Source: a virus. From it: a stretch of 64,000 nucleotides of DNA. The notes under the pieces are model-generated. The model saw only the letters and a list, made by a program, of their open reading frames with translations. It was not told the origin of the DNA and did not search any database. The stretch is taken from IMG/VR virus record IMGVR_UViG_3300009068_000024, positions 64,001-128,000 of that record. One strand, 5' to 3'. Both the position numbers and the translations under genes were made by a program. Below, piece after piece: positions 56,129-64,000 of this stretch (its first letter is position 1; every line of letters starts with the position of its first letter).

Positions 56129-57345
56129 TGGGAATTTCAGATAAATTAGAAACTCTAGCAAGTCCTGGAGTTAGTGGTTCAGATATTAAAACACTTAACA
56201 CTCCAGAAGATTGGCGACCACGTTTGGATCTTGACGACTCCAAGGGTGGTTTTGTTGTATCTAAGCCGCATCCGGTCGGTGAGATTCCTGACGCAGCAGA
56301 CGTGCTCAAGGACTTTGATCTTGACCCAAACTCTTGGACAGTAACCTCTTTACGTCGTTCTCGTTGGCAAACGTATCATGGTGAATGGTTGGAATCGGTT
56401 CGTGTAAACGTTACTCCAGCTGGATTAGCTATTGCTGATGCTCTAGACGCCGAAGCTCTTATTGATGAAATTAAAAAATGGCGTCCAGAACGCGGTATCA
56501 AAGTTGCTACCGGTGAGGGTGCTTTTATTGTAGCCCCTAGCGATCAGCAGATTGGTAAAAAAGCTAATGGTCAAGGTACCCAGCAGTCAATCGATCGTAT
56601 TTTGTATTTAACTGAAGCATCGGTAAGTAGGTTTAAAGATCTTAAAAAGATTGGACTAAACTTAGGGACAATAGTTCTAGCACTTCCGGGAGATCACGTT
56701 GAAGGTCTTACAAGTCAAAATGGACGTTTGCAAGGTCAAGCAGCATCTGACCTAGGTCTTACTGAACAAGTTCGTGTTGCACGTCGTTTGCTTATGGCGC
56801 AAATTAAAGCTTTAGCTCCCTATGCGGAGCGTATAGTTGTTCCAGTCATCAACGGAAACCACGATGAAGTAACTCGTCAGGTTGCTGCCGATCCCGCTGA
56901 TGGCTGGAACGTTGAGATTGCTTCGGCAGTGCAAGATGCATGTGCAGAAAATCCAGCGCTACAACACGTTGAGTTTAGATACCCATCTTCAGGTCATCAG
57001 ACTCTTACCCTTAATATCAACGGGACCATGCTTGGATTATTTCATGGTCACCAGGTTGGTAGAGATGTAATGAAATACTTATCTGGTCAAGCAGCAGGTC
57101 AAACTGCGCTGGGTCTTGCTGATGTTTGGATTTCTGGACATTTCCACAACTTTAAAAGCATGGATATCGGTCAACGTTTATGGCTTCAGTGTCCAACTAC
57201 CGATCCAGGTTCAGAATGGTTCCGTGATCGTGCAGGTCTAGAGTCAAAGCCAGGTCTATTGACACTAGTTATGGGTGGAGATTACGAACCTCGCGAACAC
57301 ATAAGCGTTCTAGCTGTTAATCCAGATCTTCTTCCATCTCGTTAA
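56128..57345 (+). CDS. Calcineurin-like metallophosphoesterase; likely start is ATG 56128
   Basis: SDQQIG, GDHVEG, GNHD, FHGH and SGHFH motifs; TAATG coupling. Confidence 0.8.
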   Translation: MGISDKLETLASPGVSGSDIKTLNTPEDWRPRLDLDDSKGGFVVSKPHPVGEIPDAADVLKDFDLDPNSWTVTSLRRSRWQTYHGEWLESVRVNVTPAGLAIADALDAEALIDEIKKWRPERGIKVATGEGAFIVAPSDQQIGKKANGQGTQQSIDRILYLTEASVSRFKDLKKIGLNLGTIVLALPGDHVEGLTSQNGRLQGQAASDLGLTEQVRVARRLLMAQIKALAPYAERIVVPVINGNHDEVTRQVAADPADGWNVEIASAVQDACAENPALQHVEFRYPSSGHQTLTLNINGTMLGLFHGHQVGRDVMKYLSGQAAGQTALGLADVWISGHFHNFKSMDIGQRLWLQCPTTDPGSEWFRDRAGLESKPGLLTLVMGGDYEPREHISVLAVNPDLLPSR

Positions 57346-57862
57346 GATCAACCCCAGCTGCTTCAAGTTCTTCATTAACTTCTTCTTGAGCATCAAACTC
57401 TTCTTGTTTGTCTGCTGTAAGTTTTAAATATGCATTTACTGCATTCACGCTTGTTCTACTTCTCCATGTAAAATCGCACATTATGCAATTTACTAGACGA
57501 ACAGTTGCCCATCTACCGCTGTCTGGATTATCTGCAATTAATGGTCTTAAAAATTTGGTTTTAGCCCCGCAATATAGACATTTAGGAAATCGATCATATC
57601 TGGTCTCGGCTTTATCTATGTTTACAGATAAAGTTCGTCTAATTTCATATTCATCATGTCCTCCCCAGATCCCCCAGATCTCCATATTCTCTAAAGCTGA
57701 TTTAATGCATTCTTTTCTCACCGGGCAAACAAAACAAAGATTTTTAGCCTTCATTTTATCTTCACTCTTGTGCGAGAAAAAATCTACTTCTCTATTTTCT
57801 CTCTTGGCACATTCAGCATTTTCTTGCCAATCAAAGCCATTACTTGGTTTCCAATTTGTCAT
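57317..57862 (-). CDS. whiB: WhiB-family transcription factor with C-terminal Zn-ribbon-like extension
   Basis: WQENAEC...FF...AKNLCFVCPVRKEC...WGIWGG, plus extra CLYC and CIMC pairs; ATGA overlap with the upstream gene. Confidence 0.85.
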   Translation of the reverse strand: MTNWKPSNGFDWQENAECAKRENREVDFFSHKSEDKMKAKNLCFVCPVRKECIKSALENMEIWGIWGGHDEYEIRRTLSVNIDKAETRYDRFPKCLYCGAKTKFLRPLIADNPDSGRWATVRLVNCIMCDFTWRSRTSVNAVNAYLKLTADKQEEFDAQEEVNEELEAAGVDLNEMEEDLD

Positions 57863-58197
57863 ATTATCTCCACCCAAGTTACGGCTTTAGGAGTTTTAAC
57901 TATCTCTCCGTACTCGGTATTTCCATGATTGTTACATACAGTAGGGTATATCTCTTCGTCTATTTCTCCGGCATAGCCGTAAGAAATATGAGCCCTTTCA
58001 ACAGCTTTATAACCTTCTCCTAAAGAAACGACTATTCCGTCTCTTTGAAGTGCTGAAGCTAAAGCTCTTCTGATCAGATCTATATCAAGATCTACGTGGT
58101 CATACGTATAGAAGATAATAGAAGAAGGCCTGGAGACGGCAAAGCCAGCTCCAGACCATTCAAACCATAGGCATTCGCCTGTACGTTTATCTCGCAT
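57859..58197 (-). CDS. Hypothetical protein
   Basis: GGAG RBS; coupled to whiB. Confidence 0.65.
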   Translation of the reverse strand: MRDKRTGECLWFEWSGAGFAVSRPSSIIFYTYDHVDLDIDLIRRALASALQRDGIVVSLGEGYKAVERAHISYGYAGEIDEEIYPTVCNNHGNTEYGEIVKTPKAVTWVEII

Positions 58198-58273
58198 TAG
58201 TAATCAACTCCACAAATTAATTGTACAGTTTTTTTCGAAAAAATGTTCGAAAACGCGGTTTATTTTTAATTAT

Positions 58274-58492
58274 TTAAATTGAATTTAGAGATATTCCAGT
58301 CTTTACCTGAATATGAGCTGTAACTTTAAACTTATCTGTAGATTCAGAATTTTTGACTTTTAATTCTACAGATAGTTTCTCTGACACTTCAGTTACATCT
58401 AGTTTTAAATAGTTAGCAACATAATTTAAAGCTATGGCCTGTGATTCATAAAAATCAGATGCTTCAAACTCTAGTTCAAATGATGTACGCAT
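58274..58492 (-). CDS. Hypothetical protein
   Basis: TAATG overlap with the upstream gene. Confidence 0.6.
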   Translation of the reverse strand: MRTSFELEFEASDFYESQAIALNYVANYLKLDVTEVSEKLSVELKVKNSESTDKFKVTAHIQVKTGISLNSI

Positions 58493-58911
58493 TATTGGAC
58501 TCTCTTCAGTAGGTTTTCAGGTTGATAGTGGGCAGATTTAACCGGAGGGTTTTCTAGATCAGTTAGGTCAACAATAATGTCACCAGATCTGATAGCTACA
58601 ATAACTCCTGGACGTCCATTATGGATCATTCCAAGCTCTCCTGCAAAGGCATCGTTCTTTACTCTAACGATATCTCTAACTTTTAGAGCTCCTCTTTCTG
58701 CTTGAACGTAGACCTCATCTTTAGGGGGTGGTACCAGTGAATGCTCTAGAGCAAGGTGCATGAATATATTGGCGATCTGCTCTGCATCTTCACGTTTGAA
58801 TTCTGGAAGTTCTTTCCAAGCATTTAATAGGTGAATTACAGCATTACCGTTACCCATTCGAACATTTAAATTTCCTAACTGGTATTTAACCCAGTCCATA
58901 TTTACCTTCAT
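58492..58911 (-). CDS. Hypothetical protein with C-terminal SH3/KOW-like segment
   Basis: LKVRDIVRVK...HNGRPGVIVAIRSGDIIV; AAGGA RBS. Confidence 0.65.
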   Translation of the reverse strand: MKVNMDWVKYQLGNLNVRMGNGNAVIHLLNAWKELPEFKREDAEQIANIFMHLALEHSLVPPPKDEVYVQAERGALKVRDIVRVKNDAFAGELGMIHNGRPGVIVAIRSGDIIVDLTDLENPPVKSAHYQPENLLKRVQ

Positions 58912-58919
58912 ATTTATCC

Positions 58920-59936
58920 TTAATCTACTAGTTTTAATGCTTTTTCAAGCATCTTTATTGACTGTTTTTTGTTTGGTATCTTAGCTATATAACTCTCTCT
59001 TTGAGCTATAGCTATTAATACTCGTTTTTCTTCAGACATTGAATCTATAGTTGAAGCAAGTAAATTCCACTCGATTCCAATAGATCCTGACTCTTCCCAG
59101 AAAGTTGCTACTGGAGTGAGACTATTTATTGATTGAATGTATCTATATGACCACCAGGTGCCTTCGTTTTTATACGGAGCTAGTAATATTCCTACAGATC
59201 TAGATATTTGATGTAGCACATCCTTATCCGTAGCTCCTTTATTAAGTTTTGCAGGAGACACAGGTAGTCCGATAGTTTTTGAAATCTTTTTAGTCCACAT
59301 TGACTCGGGCTGATCAGCAGTCCATTTATAGATTCTATCTAGCTGCTCTACTGGATCTTGGATTAGGTAAGAGTCTAAGTTTAGATAGATTATTGATTTT
59401 TTAGCTAGCTCTGGGAGATTCAGTTCTTTATCTGAATAGCTTTGTTTCCAGGGTAGAACTGGCACTAACGTAGTTGGCCAATCTTGATCCAATAAATTAT
59501 CTATGGATTTTAGAATATTTGATTTTAAGTTCTGATCTGAAACTACAGAAGAGTAGCCTTTTTTATTTGAAAAAAATTGTTTAGTTAGAGTCTCTGGATT
59601 GTTTTTTACAGATCTTAAAGTGGTGGCTATTTGAGAGACATTTGGAGCATCTATAAGCAAGCTAAGCTTTTCTGACCCCCAAAGAGAGTTAATTATGTTT
59701 AAAGCACCATAAATTTTATTTGCACTAAGGCTAGTAATAGGTGCAATTCCTACAATTACAGAATCATAGGAATCAAGTTCTTCTTTTGTTATGTCAATTT
59801 TGGGATCTTCCCAGACTACGGTATGTCCAGAATTTTGTAATGCTGAATTGATAGCTGAAGAAAAAGTTAGATTTTTTGTATTAGCGTTTAAGGAAGACTG
59901 AGGCGCGGTCATACCAGTTAATAAAATTTTTGACAT
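58920..59936 (-). CDS. Hypothetical protein (338 aa; glycosyltransferase-like fold possible)
   Basis: Long ORF with a Rossmann-like start KILLTGMT; no diagnostic motif recognised. Confidence 0.55.
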   Translation of the reverse strand: MSKILLTGMTAPQSSLNANTKNLTFSSAINSALQNSGHTVVWEDPKIDITKEELDSYDSVIVGIAPITSLSANKIYGALNIINSLWGSEKLSLLIDAPNVSQIATTLRSVKNNPETLTKQFFSNKKGYSSVVSDQNLKSNILKSIDNLLDQDWPTTLVPVLPWKQSYSDKELNLPELAKKSIIYLNLDSYLIQDPVEQLDRIYKWTADQPESMWTKKISKTIGLPVSPAKLNKGATDKDVLHQISRSVGILLAPYKNEGTWWSYRYIQSINSLTPVATFWEESGSIGIEWNLLASTIDSMSEEKRVLIAIAQRESYIAKIPNKKQSIKMLEKALKLVD

Positions 59937-59953
59937 ATAAACCTTTAATTAGA

Positions 59954-59983
59954 GGGGGGCACTAGTTTTACCTAATGCCCCCC
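59954..59983 (-). terminator. GC-rich hairpin after the SSB-like gene
   Basis: Minus strand ggggggcattag-gtaaaa-ctagtgcccccc, a 12-bp stem with one GU pair. Confidence 0.6.
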
Positions 59984-59997
59984 GCAATTACTGCAGA

Positions 59998-60537
59998 TTA
60001 GAACGGAGCTGCAGGTGGGGCCGGTGGAACTGCTACTCCAGCAGTGCTTGGAGCAGGTGGAGCGGGTGGAGCAGGTGGGGCAGGTGGAGTACTTGCCTGA
60101 GCAGGAATGGTTCCAGCAGTCTGCTGAACATAGTAACGCTTTAGTTCATTGCGCTTGCTACCGTTCCAGGTGCGTGATCCAATCTGAGCACGGAATGAGC
60201 GACCAATAAGCATTGACTCAATCTGTGCGTTAGTTGGGTTGTTGTTCGTGAAAAACTCACGAGGGAGTCCAAGTGCGGTCATCTTCGAGAAGAAGATATC
60301 TAGAGCATTTGAGCTCCCTGGACTGACTACCAAGTTATCCCAGACGCGGCGCTTGTTGTGTGCGCCACCCTGAACTTCAGTAGTGATCTTGAACATGGTT
60401 TTGCCACTTTGTGAAGTGGTTGCGGAAGCTTCAATGACCTTTAGGTCATAGTCGCCATCTGGAAGTGGTTCGTAATTACCGCCACTTGCAGTTTCGCCAG
60501 CATCTTTGACTAGGTCGCCCCAGTTGAGAGTACTCAT
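59998..60537 (-). CDS. DUF669-like single-stranded DNA-binding protein
   Basis: YEPLPDGDYDLKV...SGKTMFK...RRVWDNLV; Pro-rich tail ending APF; RBS spacing favours ATG 60537. Confidence 0.7.
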   Translation of the reverse strand: MSTLNWGDLVKDAGETASGGNYEPLPDGDYDLKVIEASATTSQSGKTMFKITTEVQGGAHNKRRVWDNLVVSPGSSNALDIFFSKMTALGLPREFFTNNNPTNAQIESMLIGRSFRAQIGSRTWNGSKRNELKRYYVQQTAGTIPAQASTPPAPPAPPAPPAPSTAGVAVPPAPPAAPF

Positions 60538-60584
60538 ATGCATAACTCCTATAGTTATTATTTAGGGTTTAATCGGCTAGGGAT

Positions 60585-61343
60585 CTAAGCCGACTTTTTT
60601 TTCTCGGTCTGTGGACCGAAAATCATGTCGAGCATACGCTCAATACCAAGATCCTGTTGTTCTACAACAGAACCTAAACGGCCTTGAACACGCTCACCGG
60701 CATCATACTTGTCCGTACGTTCCACGTACATACGGCGTGCCTTGTAAGGCAGCTGAGTAGGATCCGGATTTGGAATATTTTCAATTGCAATAGCACCTAA
60801 TACATCATAGAAGTATGGAGCTTGAACTGCAAGTTGACCCTGCAAGTAAGGCTTCATGTGACCATTCTGATCAGCACGTGCCATTGCAGTTAGGACTACG
60901 GCCTCTAGAGGCTGAGTTGGGTGCATTGTAAGGTCACGCAGGTCACGAAGTAGTGCACCCATGTGGCGAAGTAGTTCGCCCCACTGTTGCATCTTCATTT
61001 GCTCGGTACCAGCAATGTTGTCCATGCACTTAACCTGCAACTCAGAAATTGAGTCAATGATCAGAGACTTGAACTGGTGCTTACCGGCTTGTAGCCATTG
61101 GAAAGCTTTTAGAACTACGTCATAGTCACGCACTGTAACTACTACTGTATCCCAGGTGCCGTCAGCCACAGGTGGCTCCTCACGCATTGGGTCCCAATAC
61201 TTTACGTTGATTGGTAGGAATCTGTGTCCACCCTCAACGTCTAGCATAAGGCGAGGGTATGGTGCTGTGACAGCAAAAGTTGACTTACCAACCTTTGATT
61301 CGCCATAGACCATGATAGTTAGTGAACGCTGTACATCTGACAT
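60585..61343 (-). CDS. Sak4-like AAA ATPase (ssDNA annealing)
   Basis: YGESKVGKST, LDVEGG, IIDSISE; lies between the exonuclease and SSB genes. Confidence 0.75.
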   Translation of the reverse strand: MSDVQRSLTIMVYGESKVGKSTFAVTAPYPRLMLDVEGGHRFLPINVKYWDPMREEPPVADGTWDTVVVTVRDYDVVLKAFQWLQAGKHQFKSLIIDSISELQVKCMDNIAGTEQMKMQQWGELLRHMGALLRDLRDLTMHPTQPLEAVVLTAMARADQNGHMKPYLQGQLAVQAPYFYDVLGAIAIENIPNPDPTQLPYKARRMYVERTDKYDAGERVQGRLGSVVEQQDLGIERMLDMIFGPQTEKKKSA

Positions 61344-61345
61344 GC

Positions 61346-62308
61346 TTAGTCACTACCTTTCTTTTCGTCTTGTGATTTGTAATATCCGTATGGGTCGGAG
61401 ACCTCATACATATCTTCAATAGCTGCTTCTGCTGATGAACCATCATCAATCATTGGGCAGATAGTGTAGAACTGGCACTTCCACTTGCAATCCTTGGTAG
61501 GACGTGGGTAAGCGACAAAATTAGGATCCTGACCTGCATCAAGAGCTTTCTTGACACCCATCAGATCTGCAACTGTACCATGAATACGTTGCCAAAAAGA
61601 ACGCATTGTAAATACATTGTGTCGAACTTCGATTTGCTCGTAGAACGGAGGTTTAGCGTTTGCAGTACGCTTTACCTTTTTTAGCATAGTAAATATACCA
61701 CCCTCGGAACGTTCTTCCGGTGATTTGTTCTGGGCGTGTTCCAACATCATGTAAGTAAGAATTTGCTCGTTCATCTGTGCTTGATTAGCAAAGTCTGCAA
61801 ACGAGCCACCGACAGTTTTGAAGTCTCGGAACATACGAACGCCATCAATCTTACGACGAACACGCATATCAAGTTTTCCTTGAAGAATAACTTCTCCGTC
61901 AAACATTGGCATTTCAATAATCTCTTCAGTAGAGATCATTTCAAGCTCGGCATCAATACCTTCGTCGTCCATCCACTGTAGGTAGCCTTCAAGCATAATT
62001 CTACCTAGTTCAGCTTCTGATTCAAGATCAGAGGTGTCTCTATACTCAGCTACAAGAGTTTCCATATCCTTCTTTACAAGGGCAGCATGAGCCTCTAGAA
62101 GGCCTATTTCACCGTTAGATGAATAGTACTGATCTAAAGCTTCGTGGATACGAGAACCAAGAGCAAGGGCACCTGTGTAGTCTCTCTGCTTTGGCATAAG
62201 ACGTCTGTAGTAGTTAAGCCACCACTTGCGTCGGCAATCTTTGAATACCTGAATCTCTGAGTTAGAGAGACGGTATGGTACAACTTCTTGTGTAGTTTCG
62301 TCATTCAT
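61346..62308 (-). CDS. PD-(D/E)XK Cas4/RecB-like exonuclease
   Basis: SNSEI..FKDCRRKW, GSRIHEAL, GKLD, DFKT, Q...Y, CKWKCQFYTIC. Confidence 0.8.
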   Translation of the reverse strand: MNDETTQEVVPYRLSNSEIQVFKDCRRKWWLNYYRRLMPKQRDYTGALALGSRIHEALDQYYSSNGEIGLLEAHAALVKKDMETLVAEYRDTSDLESEAELGRIMLEGYLQWMDDEGIDAELEMISTEEIIEMPMFDGEVILQGKLDMRVRRKIDGVRMFRDFKTVGGSFADFANQAQMNEQILTYMMLEHAQNKSPEERSEGGIFTMLKKVKRTANAKPPFYEQIEVRHNVFTMRSFWQRIHGTVADLMGVKKALDAGQDPNFVAYPRPTKDCKWKCQFYTICPMIDDGSSAEAAIEDMYEVSDPYGYYKSQDEKKGSD

Positions 62309-62310
62309 GG

Positions 62311-64000
62311 TTATAGCTTACCAGCCTTATCGTCTTTTAGCAACTGTAGTAGTTTGTCTTTATCTTTAACAATCTGTTCAAAGTTATCAGCCTTAGTTTC
62401 AAGAACTTGAATAACACGCTCCTCGATTGTTCCCTCAGTAACGTAATCCATCACAACCACTGAATCGTGGATCTCAGAACCGATTCTGTGAATACGGTCT
62501 AGAGCTTGCTTGTGATCAACTAGTGACCATGGTCTTTGTAGCATAACAAGTCTTCGAGCAGCTGTCAAGGTGACACCAACTCCACCTGCTTGTGCGGTGA
62601 ATAGAATCCATTTTATACGACCGGACTGGAAATCGTCAATAGCCTTTTGACGTTCATCTTCATCTTGAGCACCGGTAATTAAACCATGTGCAATACCTTC
62701 TTTAGTTAGGCGTGCGCTTAGAATATCGATTAGCTGACGAGATACGGCACAGACTGCAACAGAATCATCTCCGAAGTCTCCCTCTTTGATGTCATCCATA
62801 ACAGCGTCAACCTTACAGGATGGTTCTGCTAAAATTGCTTTAGGCTCTCCAGTAGCTTCATCTACAGACATTTCTGCAAATGAGCTAGCAAACTGTGACA
62901 GTCTAATAGTTTGAGTTAGAACACTGGGTGCTACAACTGCATCACCATTTTCAATCTCGGCAATCATGTTGTCACGCATCTGCTCGTAAGCTTTCTTCTG
63001 CTTAGCTGACATCTCGACGTCGCGACGTTCAAACATCATTTCCGGCAACCAAGGTAGTACACGAGCCTTAAGCATACGACGCATACGAGGGTTGATGGTT
63101 GCATGGAACTCGTCAGCCATATGAGGCTTTACTCCAAGAACCATCATTCCACCAAAAGCATTAATCATAGTGTCTACCATGCGATCAATCCACTTGGTTT
63201 TGCTAGGCCACTCTTCTGGGGAAATCCAGTGCAGGATTGCCCACATGTCGAGAACGTTATTGGCAATTGGTGTACCAGTAAGTGCGAAACGAATGTCAGC
63301 ATCTCCGGTAGCTGCCCATAAAGCACGGGTCTGCTTGGATTTAGGCTCCTTTGAGCGGTGCATTTCATCGGCAATAACTGCTTTGAAATCTATTGAGTTA
63401 AGGTCACGCTTGTGAACTTCACAACGGTTTTCTGAAACTCTATCATCATGCCCACCACACTCTACGCAACGAGCAAGTGCTACTGATCCATAAGGAGCTA
63501 GACGTGAGTGAGAGCGTAGTGATTCCCAGTTAATTACATAGATGTCTGCCGGAGTTTCAAACTGTTTGCGACGCTGTGCAGCTGATCCTTTAATTACTTG
63601 CACTGTCGGACCATCTTCTGGCCACCATTTATTGAACTCACGTTGCCAGTTCTTTTTAAGAGTATTAGGGCAAACTATTAGTGCAGGGAACACTGTTTCA
63701 CCTTGGTCTTGTAGTGTCTTTAGGGCACGGATAGCCTGAGCTGTTTTACCTAAACCTGGTTCATCGGCAAGTAGTGCACGACGAGCAGTAGTCAAAAACT
63801 TCACTCCAGCGCGCTGGTGAGGAAATAGGTCTGAATCACCCTCGCCATCTGGAAGTTCTTCTAGATCACGTAAAGCATTGGACGGATCAATTCTATTAGC
63901 ACGTTCTGCAATAGCCCATGCTTGAAGACGTTCACCAATAACTAAATCATTTTTAAAGGTAGATCTAAGTGCTAGGCATGTGGCCCAGGAAGTCTGGACA
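62311..64000 (-). CDS. SNF2-family SF2 helicase (5'-truncated by window)
   Basis: Frame is open to the window end; LFPHQ Q-motif, LADEPGLGKT, DEMH, LTGTP, GGVGVTLT, QALDRIHRIG. Confidence 0.9.
   Translation of the reverse strand, partial: VQTSWATCLALRSTFKNDLVIGERLQAWAIAERANRIDPSNALRDLEELPDGEGDSDLFPHQRAGVKFLTTARRALLADEPGLGKTAQAIRALKTLQDQGETVFPALIVCPNTLKKNWQREFNKWWPEDGPTVQVIKGSAAQRRKQFETPADIYVINWESLRSHSRLAPYGSVALARCVECGGHDDRVSENRCEVHKRDLNSIDFKAVIADEMHRSKEPKSKQTRALWAATGDADIRFALTGTPIANNVLDMWAILHWISPEEWPSKTKWIDRMVDTMINAFGGMMVLGVKPHMADEFHATINPRMRRMLKARVLPWLPEMMFERRDVEMSAKQKKAYEQMRDNMIAEIENGDAVVAPSVLTQTIRLSQFASSFAEMSVDEATGEPKAILAEPSCKVDAVMDDIKEGDFGDDSVAVCAVSRQLIDILSARLTKEGIAHGLITGAQDEDERQKAIDDFQSGRIKWILFTAQAGGVGVTLTAARRLVMLQRPWSLVDHKQALDRIHRIGSEIHDSVVVMDYVTEGTIEERVIQVLETKADNFEQIVKDKDKLLQLLKDDKAGKL

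Noticed and set aside
116-63739. Many 60-240 aa antisense or alternate-frame ORFs in the track (for example 48199-48918, 9717-10214, 57408-57890)
   Set aside because: They are fully nested in long, motif-bearing genes, lack RBSs and read as shadow translations.
1-64000. tRNA, rRNA or CRISPR arrays
   Set aside because: None was recognised by eye and intergenic gaps are short; tRNAscan or Infernal would be needed to exclude small RNAs.

Overview
This window is a 64-kb piece of a large, AT-rich, siphovirus-like tailed phage. A WhiB gene and actinophage-type head and tail genes suggest it infects a low-GC actinobacterium. The + strand (1-51.8 kb) starts with two polyvalent proteins: one cut by the window edge (UvrD C-terminus to ArdC-like) and one of 5978 aa (DEDDh exonuclease, 3 HExxH metallopeptidases, 2 R-S-E ADP-ribosyltransferases, 3 GNATs, ParB-like, SH3-like barrels). 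These are followed by a multidomain prohead protease, two capsid proteins, tail genes, a dNMP kinase and a serine recombinase. The mostly - strand remainder holds replication and recombination genes: a primase-helicase split by one in-frame TAA, WhiB, SSB-like, Sak4-like, Cas4-like and SNF2. The main discovery is the hexapeptide PSQNRE, with 10 exact and 2 variant copies written in diverse synonymous codons, which sits at domain junctions in both polyvalent proteins. The giant protein's N-terminus also shares an 'xxA(D/A)G...YTxxER...QxRDxxG(R/K)(W/F)' signature with the head protease. Together these suggest a capsid-packaged effector polyprotein cut into separate enzymes at a dedicated motif. 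All domain calls come from motif recognition by eye; no searches were run.
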